64,000 bases of DNA from Lepidodermella squamata (lineage: Eukaryota; Animalia; Gastrotricha): positions 1,550,001 to 1,614,000 of the forward strand of contig JBLDXI010000042.1 of NCBI GenBank assembly GCA_047495785.1, read 5' to 3'. Position numbers and translations under genes: made by a program. Each line of letters opens with the position of its first letter. Within the stretch, counting starts at the first letter, position 1. The notes beneath the pieces were generated by a model, which saw only the letters and a program-made list of their open reading frames with translations, was not told where the DNA came from and did not search any database. Shown in pieces: positions 13,314 to 26,552 of this stretch.

Positions 13314-14818
13314 TTACACCTCAATTACATCCGAGAAAGCAGCGCAGTTGACTTCGAGCCTTCGCATCTCTTCCTCAGTTAAGACGCGGTTAACAATATT
13401 CAGGCAATTCAGGCTTCCCCTGAAATCTGCTCTGTGTTGAGAGCTGAGCGTCGCGAAAAAAATAACATGTATTATATTTGTCAGGTTAACCATTTGCTAC
13501 AAATAATGTGCACTGTACTATTGTAGCTCATCTATAAATAAAAATGTGTATATGAGTACCTTCAAGTGTGAAAGAATCCTTAGAAATTGACCGTAATACT
13601 CATATTTCTCGGGAATTTTCAGATTTGATTTGATTTGATTTAGACAGGTCTGATGATTAGATTGGATTGATCAATCTTTTCAGGGGATTCGATTTGAAAT
13701 GATATACCTGTGATTAACTTAAGAAATCAAATCAAATCAAATCGAAGTCACTGATATCAGGATGATTTTATCAAGTTTTCTACGGGCATCTTATTGTAGG
13801 ATCTTTGGTCGCGGTGAAAATGAGTTTAAAGTTTAAAGCAATAATCGCTCCTCCGAAAAGAGTAGTCCGTCGCAGTTTTAGTTTTTGCTATTTGCAAATT
13901 GAGAACGTACCTCCCCAGTAGAAACGAAGCAACGTGAGTATCAATCAGATTGCCGTACTGAGCAGGAACTGATTGTCCTTGAATGAAGTATCCGTCGCAC
14001 CCGAGAACGGCTGTTCTGATTGCTGGATCAAAGACCACCGAGTAGAAATGAGGAAGAGCCCTCAAAGGTTCGTTTGGATCGTCGGGTAGCCATTTATTAG
14101 GAACTTTACACAATCCGCCAATATTAACATAGCCAGACGAGAACCCCAACTGATCATCATTCATCATGTAAATACTCGGACCGGCATCTTCTGAATTGTC
14201 ATTGGTATATTGAAGAACTGGGCCATATGAAGATGAGCTTGCCATAAATGTAATCGTGAAAGCACCTGTGCCGAGGTCGAGTTTATCGCCTGACACACGA
14301 ATAGGCTTCGAATTGGAAATGCTGAGAGACGTAGGCAGCTGACGGAAAACATTGAAGTAAGCTGTAGGGTTCTGCGCTACAGTCACATCGCTGTCAGGTG
14401 GTATGATATCATTGAGATTTTCAAATAGTGGCCAGTAAGCGATGTGGCCATTCACGATGTCTTCAACCTTGCTGGGTACGATCGCTTGGTTGGCGAGCAC
14501 CTGGTAGCACTTCCTCCGCAGTTGCCTTCGCTGCACGCGGTTCAACACGGCGTTGTAAATTGAGTAGCACGAGAAGTAGCGATCGGTTTCGGTCGCGGCA
14601 GCTGGCAAAACTCCGCCAAACTTGATTTCATAGGCTTTATCACTGGGAAGCTTTACAGTGAGCGCAGTTACCACGTGGTCGCAAAATAACTTCAGGTTAT
14701 TATATTGGCTCGTGTTGTCATATGCGAAGCCAACGAAGTGCCAGCGATTCACTTCCGAAGTAGAGCAGGCGAGCGAGACATTAATGGTTGCTATAAACGT
14801 AAGAAGATACGAGATCAT
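13314..14818 (-). CDS. Secreted LamG/concanavalin-A-like domain protein (2 exons)
   Basis: Signal peptide MISYLLTFIATINVSLA with an in-frame stop upstream. Contains IAYWPLFENLND, FTITF and HFYSVVFD. Donor at ~13910; last exon ~13445-13314 reads DFRGSLNCLNIVNRVLTEEEMRRL, a typical LamG end. Confidence 0.7.
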
Positions 14819-14909
14819 ACGAGAGATGGGCGAATACAGTTTTCAAAATAGTTTTGTTGAAATTTAGCAGCTTTTAGGTTTAAGCTTTTTAAAGTGAAAA
14901 TGATATTAA

Positions 14910-15503
14910 CCCTTACCATTCCCCTTGGGTGGTATTCCACCCAATCTAAATTTCAGACGCACACAACTTATTTATAGCGCGGAATTTTTCGATGCCCTTT
15001 TAGGTATTCCTCAAAATCTCGAAAAAAATCTCGATAAAATATTGAAATAGGCTGAGCTACGGGCACAATTAGTGGCATCACTACTTTTTGTAAGCTTGGG
15101 TGGTATACCACCCAGAATGTCTCAACACCCATCAAGTTACTGTTTAAATGTTCAAATTTCTGATTTGAGATCACTACCGAGTAGAAATCTTTATATTTTT
15201 CAACTGAATTAACTATAAATAGAATACATCCGCAAAAATATCATGTCTGGTGTTCTTTTAACCTCAGAAATAAGGATCGGTAATACCAGGTTGTTTTCGG
15301 GCTTTAGCCGGTTTTCACGCCCTAGAGACCTTGTTTTGGCCCATCTTCGCTAGAGGCAATGTAAAATTGTTAACAATACTGTTATTTATGTTTTCCATGC
15401 ATCATTTGGCCCCTAAAGCTGATAAACAGGTGAAATCAGGAATTGGGTGGTATACCACCCAATTGCACCAAAAGTTCGTTTGCGAGTCGGGGTCTGGCTA
15501 GGG
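14910..15503. mobile_element. piggyBac-like non-autonomous element
   Basis: TTAA at 14906-14909 and 15504-15507. CCCT...AGGG termini with imperfect TIRs. Three internal GGGTGGTATACCACCC-like palindromes. Confidence 0.7.
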
Positions 15504-15509
15504 TTAATG

Positions 15510-15730
15510 ACTGTTACTTGCTACAACATGGCATAGATAGCATTTGCAATTTGCAATTGGTTTAAATCGAATAGACTCGTGATTAATGCTAAGAAATGCT
15601 CTGTGCTACACTTGGGCTCAACTAATTTGTCCTTCAATATCGAATTGATGGCGTGGAACCGAATAGTTTCTCCCATGTTCGAGATTTGGGCGTTCAAATT
15701 GACAATAAGCTGTCATTTGATGTCCATTGC
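15510..15730 (+). mobile_element. LINE RT C-terminal fragment (degraded)
   Basis: LLQHGIDSI...WFKSNRLVINAKKCSVLHLG...VRDLGVQIDNKLSFDVH, read across frameshifts. Confidence 0.7.
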
Positions 15731-15738
15731 GCTAATTC

Positions 15739-17429
15739 AGAGCACTGCTTCTAATTTTACAACGCAAAACGCACGATTTCTAATTTTGACCTTTTTCACT
15801 TAAAATGCGTGCGTTTTTCTAATTCGCATTTCTAATTTACTTAGAACACGTGCGTTGTTCTAATTAGCAAATTAAAACCCGCACGTTTTTTTATTGCGCG
15901 TAATTACTCATTCATAAAACAGCAACGCAATTTTACGCACACCAATAGAGCACCCCGCCCTAATTTCGGCCGCTTTTCAGGTTTTTCCTACTTTGCCAGC
16001 CAGGTGAATTTTTAGATAATATTCGGCAGAAGCAAAATAAAAGACGAGTTATTAGGGTATCGAATGCCGCTTTCCGCAAGTCCGGACGATTTTACCTTGA
16101 TTTATGGTCAATTTTTTAGTCACCCAGACACCCGGCCGGAATTTTCGGCCACCTCATCCAGGTACACTAATGCCATAGGTTTGGTATCGTTAGATTTGTC
16201 TCAAAAAGCTGGCTATAAAAACCGCCTTAGTTGCTTCACCTGTGAGCTTATCCTTGACGACGTGATGCCTGAAACTCAAACTTGTTTTCTACCTAATAGC
16301 CTAACTGCGGTTGACTTTCTAAAATTCTGGAAAAATATCTAAAAAATCCCTTGCCTCCTGTAGAACGAGAGTATCAATTTTGTTTTCCCGAATTCAATTC
16401 CCCTATTGACAGCTAATTTTTGGAATCGAACCCTCAAAAACCCTAAAATTGGCCCTCTGGATCTCTTCACCTGGGCGGTTTTAGATAGAATATTTTATAC
16501 CAAAATGAAGCTGGTATTTAGCTGGTAATTATTGAGGTGAAAGCAGTACATTTTAAAGAGCCAGTTCCAGGTAAATTATACCTGCAAAGTAGCGGTAACA
16601 GAGCACTCGAGAAGCGACATAAGCCCGCTCGCTTGCATTTAGAATTATTATTTTTTCGATCACGTGCTTGAGAAATCATGAAACAGATGGGCCCAACAAT
16701 GCAAAGTTCTTGAATTGCGTGCAAATAAACTGCTGCACAGCACTTCGGTGGCCGAAGTTAGGACGCAACGGCCGAATTTAGGAAGTGGCTGAAATTAGGG
16801 CTCCCTCCTCTAATAACTCATTTTTATTGCACACACATAACGCTATTGATAACCGAGGCGATAGCCGAGGTTACCGAAGGCAAGCGCAGCGAGGCCTTTA
16901 ATTTGACGCTCACTTGAAGTAGAAAATGTGATTGAAAAGAGGCGAAAAAACTCGCATAACTCAGTACCTGAAAATTAGAAGCCGTACTCTAATATATGTT
17001 AGAACACGATTTTTGATTCTAATCGAGAAAACGCGTAATTAGAAAATAATCTAATTACACTCGGCTGCGCCTCGTTCCACTCTTGCTTCGACTCGTTTCA
17101 ACGTCTCATCTAGGCTCGCTTCACTCGCCTTTCACTACTAGACTCGGCTTCGCCTCGTTTTATTCTAAAGGCATCGCTGCGCTCGCCTTTGGTAACCTCG
17201 GCTATCGCCTCGGTTATTAACAGCGTTTTGTGTGTGCAATAAAATGAGAAACCATTGCTGTGCGTAAAAATGCGTCGCTTTTATGAATGAGTAATTACGC
17301 GCAATAAAAAAAACGTGCATGTTCTAAGTGAATTAGAAATGCGAATTAGAAAAACGCACGCGTTCTAAGTGAAAAAACTCAAAATTAGAAATCGTGCGAT
17401 TTGCATTGTGAAATTAGAAGCAGTGCTCT
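15739..17429. mobile_element. Foldback/MITE with ~300-bp TIRs; left arm split by a nested element
   Basis: 15739-15945 plus 16813-16900 is the reverse complement of ~17165-17429 (AGAGCACTGCTTCTAATT...AATTAGAAGCAGTGCTCT). Confidence 0.85.
15946..16812. mobile_element. Nested MITE with TAGAG...CTCTA termini
   Basis: TIRs TAGAG..CCCTAATTTCGGCC / GGCTGAAATTAGGG..CTCTA. The host TIR continues collinearly on both sides. Confidence 0.75.
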
Positions 17430-17539
17430 AATAATGTTAGATCACTCGTTTTGATCATAATCTCGAAAACGCTCCCTCTCGTAAACTTCGACTCGTGAAT
17501 CACTCGTGAATCACCCGTCGTTTACTCGAGATTACTAAA

Positions 17540-20500
17540 TTACGCGTCTTCTCGATCAGAATCAAAACTCGGTGTTCTAACATATATTAGAAACCAGGGG
17601 CAATAGGTTATTTTTCGGAGTTTCACGCCTCTTTCCACTACAATATAACAGAGTAACCACAAACCAGAAGGATTTTGAAGAAGCAGCGTCTTCTCAGACC
17701 CAATGTAAGACAAAAAATACATTGGTTGAAGGTTGGAATCAGAAATCGCAGCTACGCGAACGTAACCAGTTGTTGGCTGCGTTTTTAGGAATACCGACAC
17801 AGTGAAGTTACGGCCGAGATTTGAAATTAAAGATTGCGACAGTTTGCCGAAATCCGTGTTCGCGCCTTCAAATGCCACAGCTGTATTTTGATGGCCGAAA
17901 GGTCCAGTGGTGTAGCTTTCAACGCTGCTGCTGGCTATCATTCCAGATGCGCTAATATCGTTGAGTGCAGAGTTGAAAGGCCAGAATCCAACTTCAAGCG
18001 GCAAACCAGGAAGGTTATCTGCGAAAAATAAAGACATTTTCATAGTTCAAAATTCGTTCACAAAAAACGTGATGTACTTACTTGATTCACAGGCATCAGC
18101 TGTTGGGTAAATTTTGACAAGCTGCAAATTTACGAAAATAAAGCTTCCTATTTTTCAATAAATCCGCAAATTCACCTCCCAAGGGGATATACAGGTGTCA
18201 TTTTTACCAATGCACTTGTACTGTAGGGCGCTTGAATCGAAGCATAGATTTCGCTGAAAGATACTTGGTCAAGTAGGAATTCAACATGGGTATTAGATTC
18301 TCACCATTAGAGTCACTTGGTAGCAATCGGCGTAGTTGTCAGCATAAGTCGATTTTGACGCATAAGACCCGAGCTGATTAGCAAATGTAAAACGGGACAA
18401 CAAATTTAGGAAAAACTTACCAGAGTGGTAGAAGGCGGACATACGGCGTAGCATCTGGACATCTTCGTAGAGTCTGGCATACATAAGAGAGTGCCCTATG
18501 TCGAGAAAAGGTCAGGCCTATCCTGCAAAAGGCAGCTTTGAATAATACCCCGGTCTCGCAATCAGATTTGCTCGTAAATTCTCGATCGTCAACGCTCTGC
18601 GGAAAGAAAAGTGGAGAATGATTTGGAACGCTGAAAAATCAAGGTGAACTCACATTGTTCAATCCACTCGAGCAAGAGGTGAAACAGCCATGAAATTTCA
18701 GATCGGCGTCATAGCAGCGAAGGTAATTCGATAGTACCGGGGCTAAAAAACAAATGTGAAAGAAACGATTTTAGTGAGATGCTGATATGAAAAACCAGCA
18801 GCGCATTGACTGAATGAATCGTAGACTAGATTGTCCTGACTTGGGCTCTGTTTCGATAATTAGAAAAAAATTTACTGATTATGATCAGGAAACCCCGAGA
18901 AATGTACCGTAAGCAATGGGCAAGTTTTGGATTGCGGAATACAAACGACAGGTGAATCGCTCGAGTTGACGCATTTGAAGTGTTTGCCCTGCAACAAAAA
19001 ACGCAGACTGAAATGTGATTGAATCATGGATCGATTATACCTGAGTGAGATTCGAGCAAAGTTGAAGATTATCAAACAAAGAGCCATTTTCCGAGCCGAT
19101 TGATCCGAGCTGAAATTCGAAAATAGATCATGCGAGCGCTTCTTAATCTGAAACCTCGACAGCCTACATCAAATTTGCCGGTTCCGAGTTGGCAATTTTC
19201 TGCGCAACTGCCACCGTTCGCTGAGTCGTAACACATGTTCACAGCCTGAAATTTGCACACATTTTGAAATAAAATAAGATAGCGACTAGTAAAAATACTC
19301 ACGCCCTGCTCGCAAGCCATTTTCGTTGTGTAAATTGTTGGGCTGAGCGTCTGCGTGAATAAAGAAATTTGCAGCAATCTGAGACACTGTTATTTCCTCC
19401 TTACATCCCCCCCGACACAAGTCGATGGGGCTTGCTTGCAGCCAGAGAATGACGGCTTCGACCAATCGAAGCAGCGGCGATGCGGGTAATTCACAGCAGT
19501 TGCTACATCATTCAAGGCCATTTTTTTGACGCATTGAAATGTAGGAATCACTCACCGGTTATGCAGTCGTTGAAATTGTTAAAGGTGGCTCCGCTGATAC
19601 TTCCGGCTGGGCACGAGGTGCTTCTGGGCTGGCATTTGACTAATGCGAACGAAGCTTGATCCAAGCATAGAGTATGGGGATGGTAAAAGACGCAAAGTTG
19701 CAGCATTTCAACGCAGAAAATTTAAAGAAAACCTGAGAAGCCATACAATCAGCATAATTTCCAGCGAAATCGGATTTAGCATTGAACGTAGTGACCTATG
19801 AGTTGACAAAAATTAGTGTAACCTTATAACACTAGATTTTAATTTAAAGTTACCAGCGTTAGTCCAGTTCCACTGCATGAACCGCGACACGTTACGCCGG
19901 CGGCTGACGAGCAAAGCGCAGCAGGCTGGATTTGTACATTTTCAAAAATAAAATCTATGGCTTCCACGACGGCAACTCACTCCAACAGTGCAGGTGGCCT
20001 TGTCCGCGTAGCTTCCGTAGCTGAATTCCTAGAAAATTTATCCCTTTAATAACAACTCCAATTATCTGTAAAACTCTATGTTACCTGTGTTGCTACAGTA
20101 GCGTTGCACGCTGACGATTGACAGCCGAGAAACGATCGATCGCTAGTCAAGAAACAGCGGTAGTTCGTCTTGAAGTCATTTTCGTTTCGTACAACTACAA
20201 GACATGTAGGAATAGGAGTTACTTTGTAGGCGTTGCATTGTAACTCACTGTACTGCTCTTGCATACAACTTTGCATAGAAGCGACCGTGCGAACGTATGC
20301 CTGTGAAATACAAAATGCCTGAATTTAACAGCTATTCGAGCTGGAGACGTAAAGCAAATGCCAGCGGACTGTTTCTTGAGTTTTTCTTTTAAAAGTAGAG
20401 GTTCCGAAAAAGTAGCTAATTTTTCGCTTTAAAAAAGTGTTTGGTTAAGTAAGAGGTCCTATAATCGAAGAACTCGAAAATCGAACCACACTTAACTCTG

Positions 20501-22431
20501 AACCTCAACCAAGCCCTACATACGGGCGCAGTCGTTCACAAATTCGAAAAACTGACACATTTTTAGCACAATTGTTGCCAACTCGAAAAATGCGATTTCG
20601 CAATAAAAATACAACCTAGTAGGTAATCAATGACGCTTTCCACACTGGTTACCGATTTTTCTCCCAATTAGCTAACAGTAACCGAAAATAAGCGAAAATT
20701 AAAAAAAATTGAATCGAAGTGTTTATCAACTCATTTCAACTCAGGGTCAATCGCTGATTCCGAAAATCACATTTTCTGCTGAAAATTGGGCAACATGAAT
20801 TTGTTCATGTGATTTAGGCCCAGTTTTGACGAGTTAGACATTAAAATTAAATAAAAATCTGGAAAGATTCTGGAAAATGTGCGGCTAAAAAGTAACTGTT
20901 TTCAGCGTTCTAGAATGATTTTTAAGGATGATGAACATTGGCTCAAATGAAAAAAATTGTGTTAACATCATTTTTCGATGACGGCGCCCGCATGTAGCCT
21001 TAACCCTAACACCAAACCCCAAACCCCTAACCCAGGGCTTCTCAACAACTGAACCCTTAGCGACCCTAAGACCCCTACCAACGTGACCAAAGGGTCCCCC
21101 CTGTGGTTTTTTGGGGGATTTTCCGCTTTGGCCTTGTGAACTGGGGGTACGATAACCCTCATTTGTCCTGACCTTTAATTTTTCGAACCTAATCAGTCAC
21201 CTGAATAGTACCTAGATTGACAGTAAAAACCACCGAATAGCCACTACGGCTACTGCCTACCACCTGTGACTTCACGCGCGAAGTGTTTGCTAATGTGGAT
21301 TCACTAGAAAAAAATCCGGTTTATTAGCTCAAAAGCCCGCAAAATGCTCTTGCTAATAAACCCGTCGCCAAAGGGTTTATTAGCTATATTTAGCTAAATA
21401 TCCAGCTAAATAGCCATAATTTGATTGCGCAACAATGAAAAATAAGCTGTTTAGCTGAATGTTTAGCTAAATATAGCTAATAAACCCTTTGGCGACGGGT
21501 TTATTAGCAAGAGCATTTTGAGGGCTTTTGAGCTAATAAACCGGATTTTTTCTAGTGTTAAGGTGGATAAAAGGCGATTAGTGCACTTACTGACGAAAAA
21601 TCGCAACCAACCAACTTCAGCCACTTACCCAGCAGGCGCTCTTGTAAGCCACTTCATACAAGGCCTATTAATACGGTTCTGCCCTTTATCCTTTATTATT
21701 TCAAATGACCATTACCCTCTGCCCTTTATTCCGGTTCTGCCCTATAATTGGGTCCTGCCTAATAATTCGTAAAATACGGTATATAGACTCACCCCATTGT
21801 TTGGGCAGGTTCCATTCAAAGGAACGCATAACCGAACACCATTCTTGTCGCAAAGATAAGCTGGACGAGTCTGAAAAATAAACATATAAATTGCTGTGAA
21901 ATTTGAAAAAAATCAAAAAATACCATGAAACCCTTGATATCTGTTCTACAATCGGCAAACTTGGCCTTGAATGACTGACCAATGTACTCAAAAGTCTGAA
22001 AGACAATTCATTTTGATGTTAATAAAGAATAAAAACTTACCAGAACTTCATCAGCTGAGCAGCCCAGGTTTCTTGGAATGCACCTCATACTGGTTTGCTT
22101 GAAATTGAAACAGCTTCGAGCGGACTTTTATGAAATCAAATACATGACATGAGGCCAGCCAGTATGAAATAACATACTCCACTGATGCAGCTGTCATAGC
22201 TAGTCAAAGCTGTTCCGAGCTGGAATTGAATTAACAAATTATTATAGGAAAATTTATGAAAACAATTCAACTGGCCTGAATTTCTTCAAAATAAGAGCAA
22301 CTGATTTTACAACCAGTGAAATCGTCGTTGAAGCGCGAGAAGCATCGCTTGTATGCCTGCTGTGAGTTGGTGGTCGCAGCGACTAATAGAAGCGCCACCA
22401 AATGAAATAATGTTGAAGAATACAGCAACAT
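17540..22431 (-). CDS. Secreted multi-exon (~20 small exons) protein with tandem Cys-rich modules followed by a LamG-like domain (3' end unclear)
   Basis: ATG 22431, MLLYSSTLFHLVALLLVAATTNS. Many ~50-bp GT-AG introns separate Cys-rich exons. The exon at ~18020-17665 reads GFWPFNSALNDIS...GPFG...AVAFEG...FTVSVFLK (LamG N-half); the rest of the domain was not found. Confidence 0.65.
20998..21075. repeat. Degenerate (CCCTAA)n tract in an intron
   Basis: CCTTAACCCTAACACCAAACCCCAAACCCCTAACCC... Confidence 0.6.
21302..21557. mobile_element. CACTA (CMC/EnSpm)-type MITE
   Basis: CACTA...TAGTG termini, ~100-bp near-perfect TIRs, 2-bp TT flanks on both sides. Confidence 0.85.
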
Positions 22432-23989
22432 TGGGTAGGCCAAAAAAACCTAAAATCACGAGAAATTCTCCAGAACAAAAATTGAATGAATGACGATTAT
22501 GCTCGTTCTCCTCATTTGCCCGATTTAACACCGACACCGACTGACAACGCGCGTGTCAATTTTTTTGCTGAGTTCAATTTTTTAGGCCTATAGGCGCAAT
22601 GTAGCTGCGAAAAATTGAGCGGCGCGTGCGATTGCGTCATTTTCCTCAGACGTTCGACGTGTTTGAAGAAAATAGAGCATGTGTCAAGTGGAAAATCTAA
22701 TAGTGACTGTCAAAATGAACTCATTTATTTTATGTATACGGATAACTAAGCAGGATTTAATTCCCACGGAAAATGTGCTCACAGAGATTGCATCCGACAA
22801 ACCGTTTCATTCCTTCATTTAAATATTTTTTGCCTTCCTAATTTCAGTCACTTTTAATTCTTTTTAAGGGCGCCGGCAATAATTTGTCGGTTTATTGTGG
22901 CGATTTGTGTTATTCAATCATGTGCAACAAGCCTAAGCCTGAAGCAGTAGCGTACCGTGGAACATGGTGCTACAGGGCTCACTTGAGTCTGAAAAAGCTC
23001 CACATTTGCAATTGATACAGTGCTCCCTCGTTAGTGGCACCCTCCTTAAAAGAACTCCCTCGTTTGAAGACCGTAATTTTGGACCCTGCTAAATAAATTA
23101 GTTGAAAATTATTAATTAAACAAAAAATAATTATTTGACAGATCAAAAAAAATAAGCGTGAAAAATTAAAATAACAAAGCGTTCCTAGAAACCTAGCGGC
23201 GCGTTGTCGTGGTTTTGAGAGATCCAGTTATTTCGAGTTAAGTTCAAACGAGTTGAAAGATCATCAGTGCATTAAGCTGTTCTTGTGGCTTTTAGTTGAC
23301 TTGGATTTTTGTAGCTTTTTGTAGTTATTTTTAGAAAAGCATTATCACGCTAAACCCCAATATTGCATTTACGAGAATTTCGCAAAATTATGAAAATTTT
23401 TTGAAAAATTCAATTTTTATATCGTTGGATAGAGGAAAAATCGAGTAAGATCATAGTATTTTTCTCGGAATTGTTCGGCTCAAAATAAAAGATTTTACCG
23501 TCCTGGAAGACTTTTGAAATGTCGATTTTTCGTAAAAGTGACCAACTTTTTAAATAACTTTTTTAAAAACTTTTTTATAAATTTAGGAAAAAAACCGTCT
23601 CATGAGACGGGACTCATTCGATAGAGGAGCGCTTCTATTATTCTATTATTCTAGAAATAAAACAGGAGTACACAATTTTTCTCCGGTGTAATGAACTTAG
23701 CCCAGCAGTTCGTAGCTTCAAGGACGGCGACTGGAATATCTATTCCTTTCACCTAAAAAATGTTGAAGTCACCGCTAGGCAACAGCCTAGCACGGGCTGC
23801 CAGCATCCTACATGGAATTCAATATTTTCATCGCATTTAGTGGCTTAACTTGAAGCTTCGAACATACTGATCCATGTGAATATTTCCTGAGACTGAGATA
23901 TTACTCAGATAGTCATTCACTTCTGTCAACGGCTTTCACTTGACTGGGAAGCCGCGCCCCCAACCCTCCGGATTTTATACCTTTAGCGT

Positions 23990-24411
23990 GTATGGGCATG
24001 TCGAAGCTGTTCGACTTTTGCTGGATCGCAACGCTACCATCGAGGCCCAGGATGATTTTGGCTGGACGGCGTTGATGAATGCGGCTATGAATGGGCAAGT
24101 CGAAGTCGTTCGACTGTTGCTAGATAGTGGTGCAAATAAAGATGTCAGAAATTTACATGGCAAAACAGCGCTCGATGTGGCGATTTGCGGACAGTTATCA
24201 GTTGTGGCCGATCTGCTGAGGTTGCGATGAGCAAGTTGAGCGATGTCATCCTGCTGACGTGGCCCACAACGTTGGACAGCGTTCAGTTGGAACGGATATG
24301 GATCATTTGACTGCATACTTTCTGAATTTTCCCCATGCGCTGATTACAATTGTTCTTTCATCTCGAAGGGATGACCACATTTTCCATTCAAGCTGAATTC
24401 TTGAAGCAAAA

Positions 24412-24444
<33 letters not shown>

Positions 24445-24445
24445 C
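23990..24445 (+). pseudogene. 5'-truncated copy of the 35.8-kb ankyrin gene (last ~2.5 repeats, 3' region and (ATT)n)
   Basis: GHVEAVRLLLDRNATIEA...LLDSGANKDVRNL. Nucleotide match to ~37000-37400, including the downstream sequence and the (ATT)n tract. Confidence 0.8.
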
Positions 24446-26349
24446 TTTATTTCGAAAAGATCGTATATATAAAAATCGCTTATTTGCAGACCCCCCCCTA
24501 GAAAAGTGAACGACATGAAAATTCAAATTCCGCGTTATCCTGCATGTTTTTCACTGCAAATTAAATTTGTATTTGAAAACATTAAAATTTGAAACAATAA
24601 AGATTTTAGAATTTTAAAAATATTATGTTTACGTTAGCAACGGGCTTTGGTTTGTTCGCTGGGCAACGGGCGCGCGCGGTCGCGCCGTCGTCCTAGGCTT
24701 CCCTACGTCGCAGCGCAAAAACTATGAGGGATGGATCATTCTGCAAATCTGAACTCAGAATTACCTAGAAACCGTTGAAAAAACAATAGGTCAGAAAAAT
24801 TGATTTGTTGCCCCTCCCACGCCTTAGTAACCCCTTAGGGGAGATCTAGGGTCATCTCTGTGAACTCTCTCGATCTCTAACCGTGATAGCTGGAAGCTTC
24901 TAATATTGATTTTTGGATTCTCTGTACTTGATTTAGTTTTTGGAGAGATCTTTTTGAGAGAACAGCTTCACCCTGTTGGTCTCAAAAGATCTTCTTCCCC
25001 CGTCTTAGGACAGGGTGAACTAGGTGATCATCCCACCTTGCAATCAGCATAAAAATCGGTACAAATTGCAAAGGATTCGAAAGGGGTTAGATCTGTAATA
25101 TTTTCAATGAGAATGAAATTGATACGAATATATGTAGAAAGAATAATTTATATTTGAATAGAATATTGCTTAATACGCAAGAGGCTGTGGACTTATTTAT
25201 TTATATGCTCAAATGTTAAAATGATAATTATCGAAAATGCAACAAATGTCAAATGTCAAATGTCTTCTTCGTAGAGATTGTTTTCATTTTTCAAGTTCGC
25301 CTCGCAGTCTCGCAGTCGGACCGTTGAGCTTTTTGAGCCAGAAGTTCTCGGCCAGCCTCGCATATTGATGTGTTCAAGCGCGCAGAGAATTTTGTGCAAA
25401 TTGCATTGACATTTTTAGCTCACTGGTTTGCCTTGATTACGAATGCGCGTCTATTAATCATTATTTGTTCGTTTTAATCTTCACCGATCTTCATCGATGC
25501 GATAATAGCAAAATGATAGCTTAAAACTTGAAAACAAATAGGCTAGAGCTGGCGCCTCACTGATTAGGTAAGAAATTTCGAGCAATCACAGCAATCACCA
25601 ATACAAATCTTTGGGCCAGAGCGCAAAATACCGGAGGATGGTGGGTATCGTTTCCCCAGTTTGCAGGGCCTAGGTGGAAAACCCTCACAAGGGGCCATCC
25701 TAGTAAAGTTAACGACCAGAAATTCAAATTTCGCGCATGTTTTCCACTGCAAACTGTTCACTGCAGGCGACGCTGAAAAATGCCAAATCACTGAAGCTGC
25801 AATTCCTAAAATATATAAAAAAATGAACAATCTGTCTTGCAATCGGGAAGAGAGTTAAAAGTATAGCCAGCTTTGCTGCCTTTTGGGCAAGATAAGAGTT
25901 GAATGAAAGCAGTTTATATCAGTGTGACCTGTTTCACAAGCGCAAACCTGAGCGATGCTGTCGGCGTAGTTGCAAAATCTGACGCCGCGCTCTTATTTGA
26001 CGCCTTGTAGTAAAAGCAAGATATAAAAACTTGAAATGAAATTTTTGAATGGAATTTTTGTCTGAATGCAGATAAAAAAGGGAACGAATTTCAAGTGTAC
26101 TTCATGGGAAACCCCACAATACGCCCAAAAAAATTCGACATTCGATTTTTCTGGCCTTTTCGCTACATTCTCAATTTTTCATCAAGCCGATATGGAATGT
26201 AAAATATTCGTATATTTCGCATAGCTTTTGACAATTGGAAATTTATGTTCAAATTGACTGAATTTTTGAAAGAAATTCGAAATTTGAATTGATTGCCTCA
26301 AAGTTAATCATGCATATTTTCAGATTTTAGGTCGATGATGCGGTAACCT

Positions 26350-26552
26350 TGGGTTTGCTAATCCGCTCATCTTCGAATAATCATCGTTTTGGTAATCGGT
26401 TGGGCTTGCGATGGCATTTGATATCAAATTGATAATGCGGTAGGTTTGATTTTCCGTTCATCGTCGAATCGCCTGATGTAATAAGGATAATCGTCGTAGT
26501 TATCGGTTAGGCTTGCGACCAGGAAAACACAGAAAAACAGCTCTATCCTCAT
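26350..26552 (-). pseudogene. 5' remnant of a paralog of the ankyrin-Sushi-EGF gene
   Basis: MRIELFFCVFLVASLTDNYDDYPYYIRRFDDER, then stop, followed by a second degenerate LISNAIASPTDYQNDDY copy. The upstream 26553-27140 aligns with 10025-10660. Confidence 0.75.

Noticed and set aside
18496-18498. Apparent in-frame TAG in the Cys-module gene
   Set aside because: It works as the splice acceptor (CTTTTCTCGACATAG), giving a normal ~53-bp intron.
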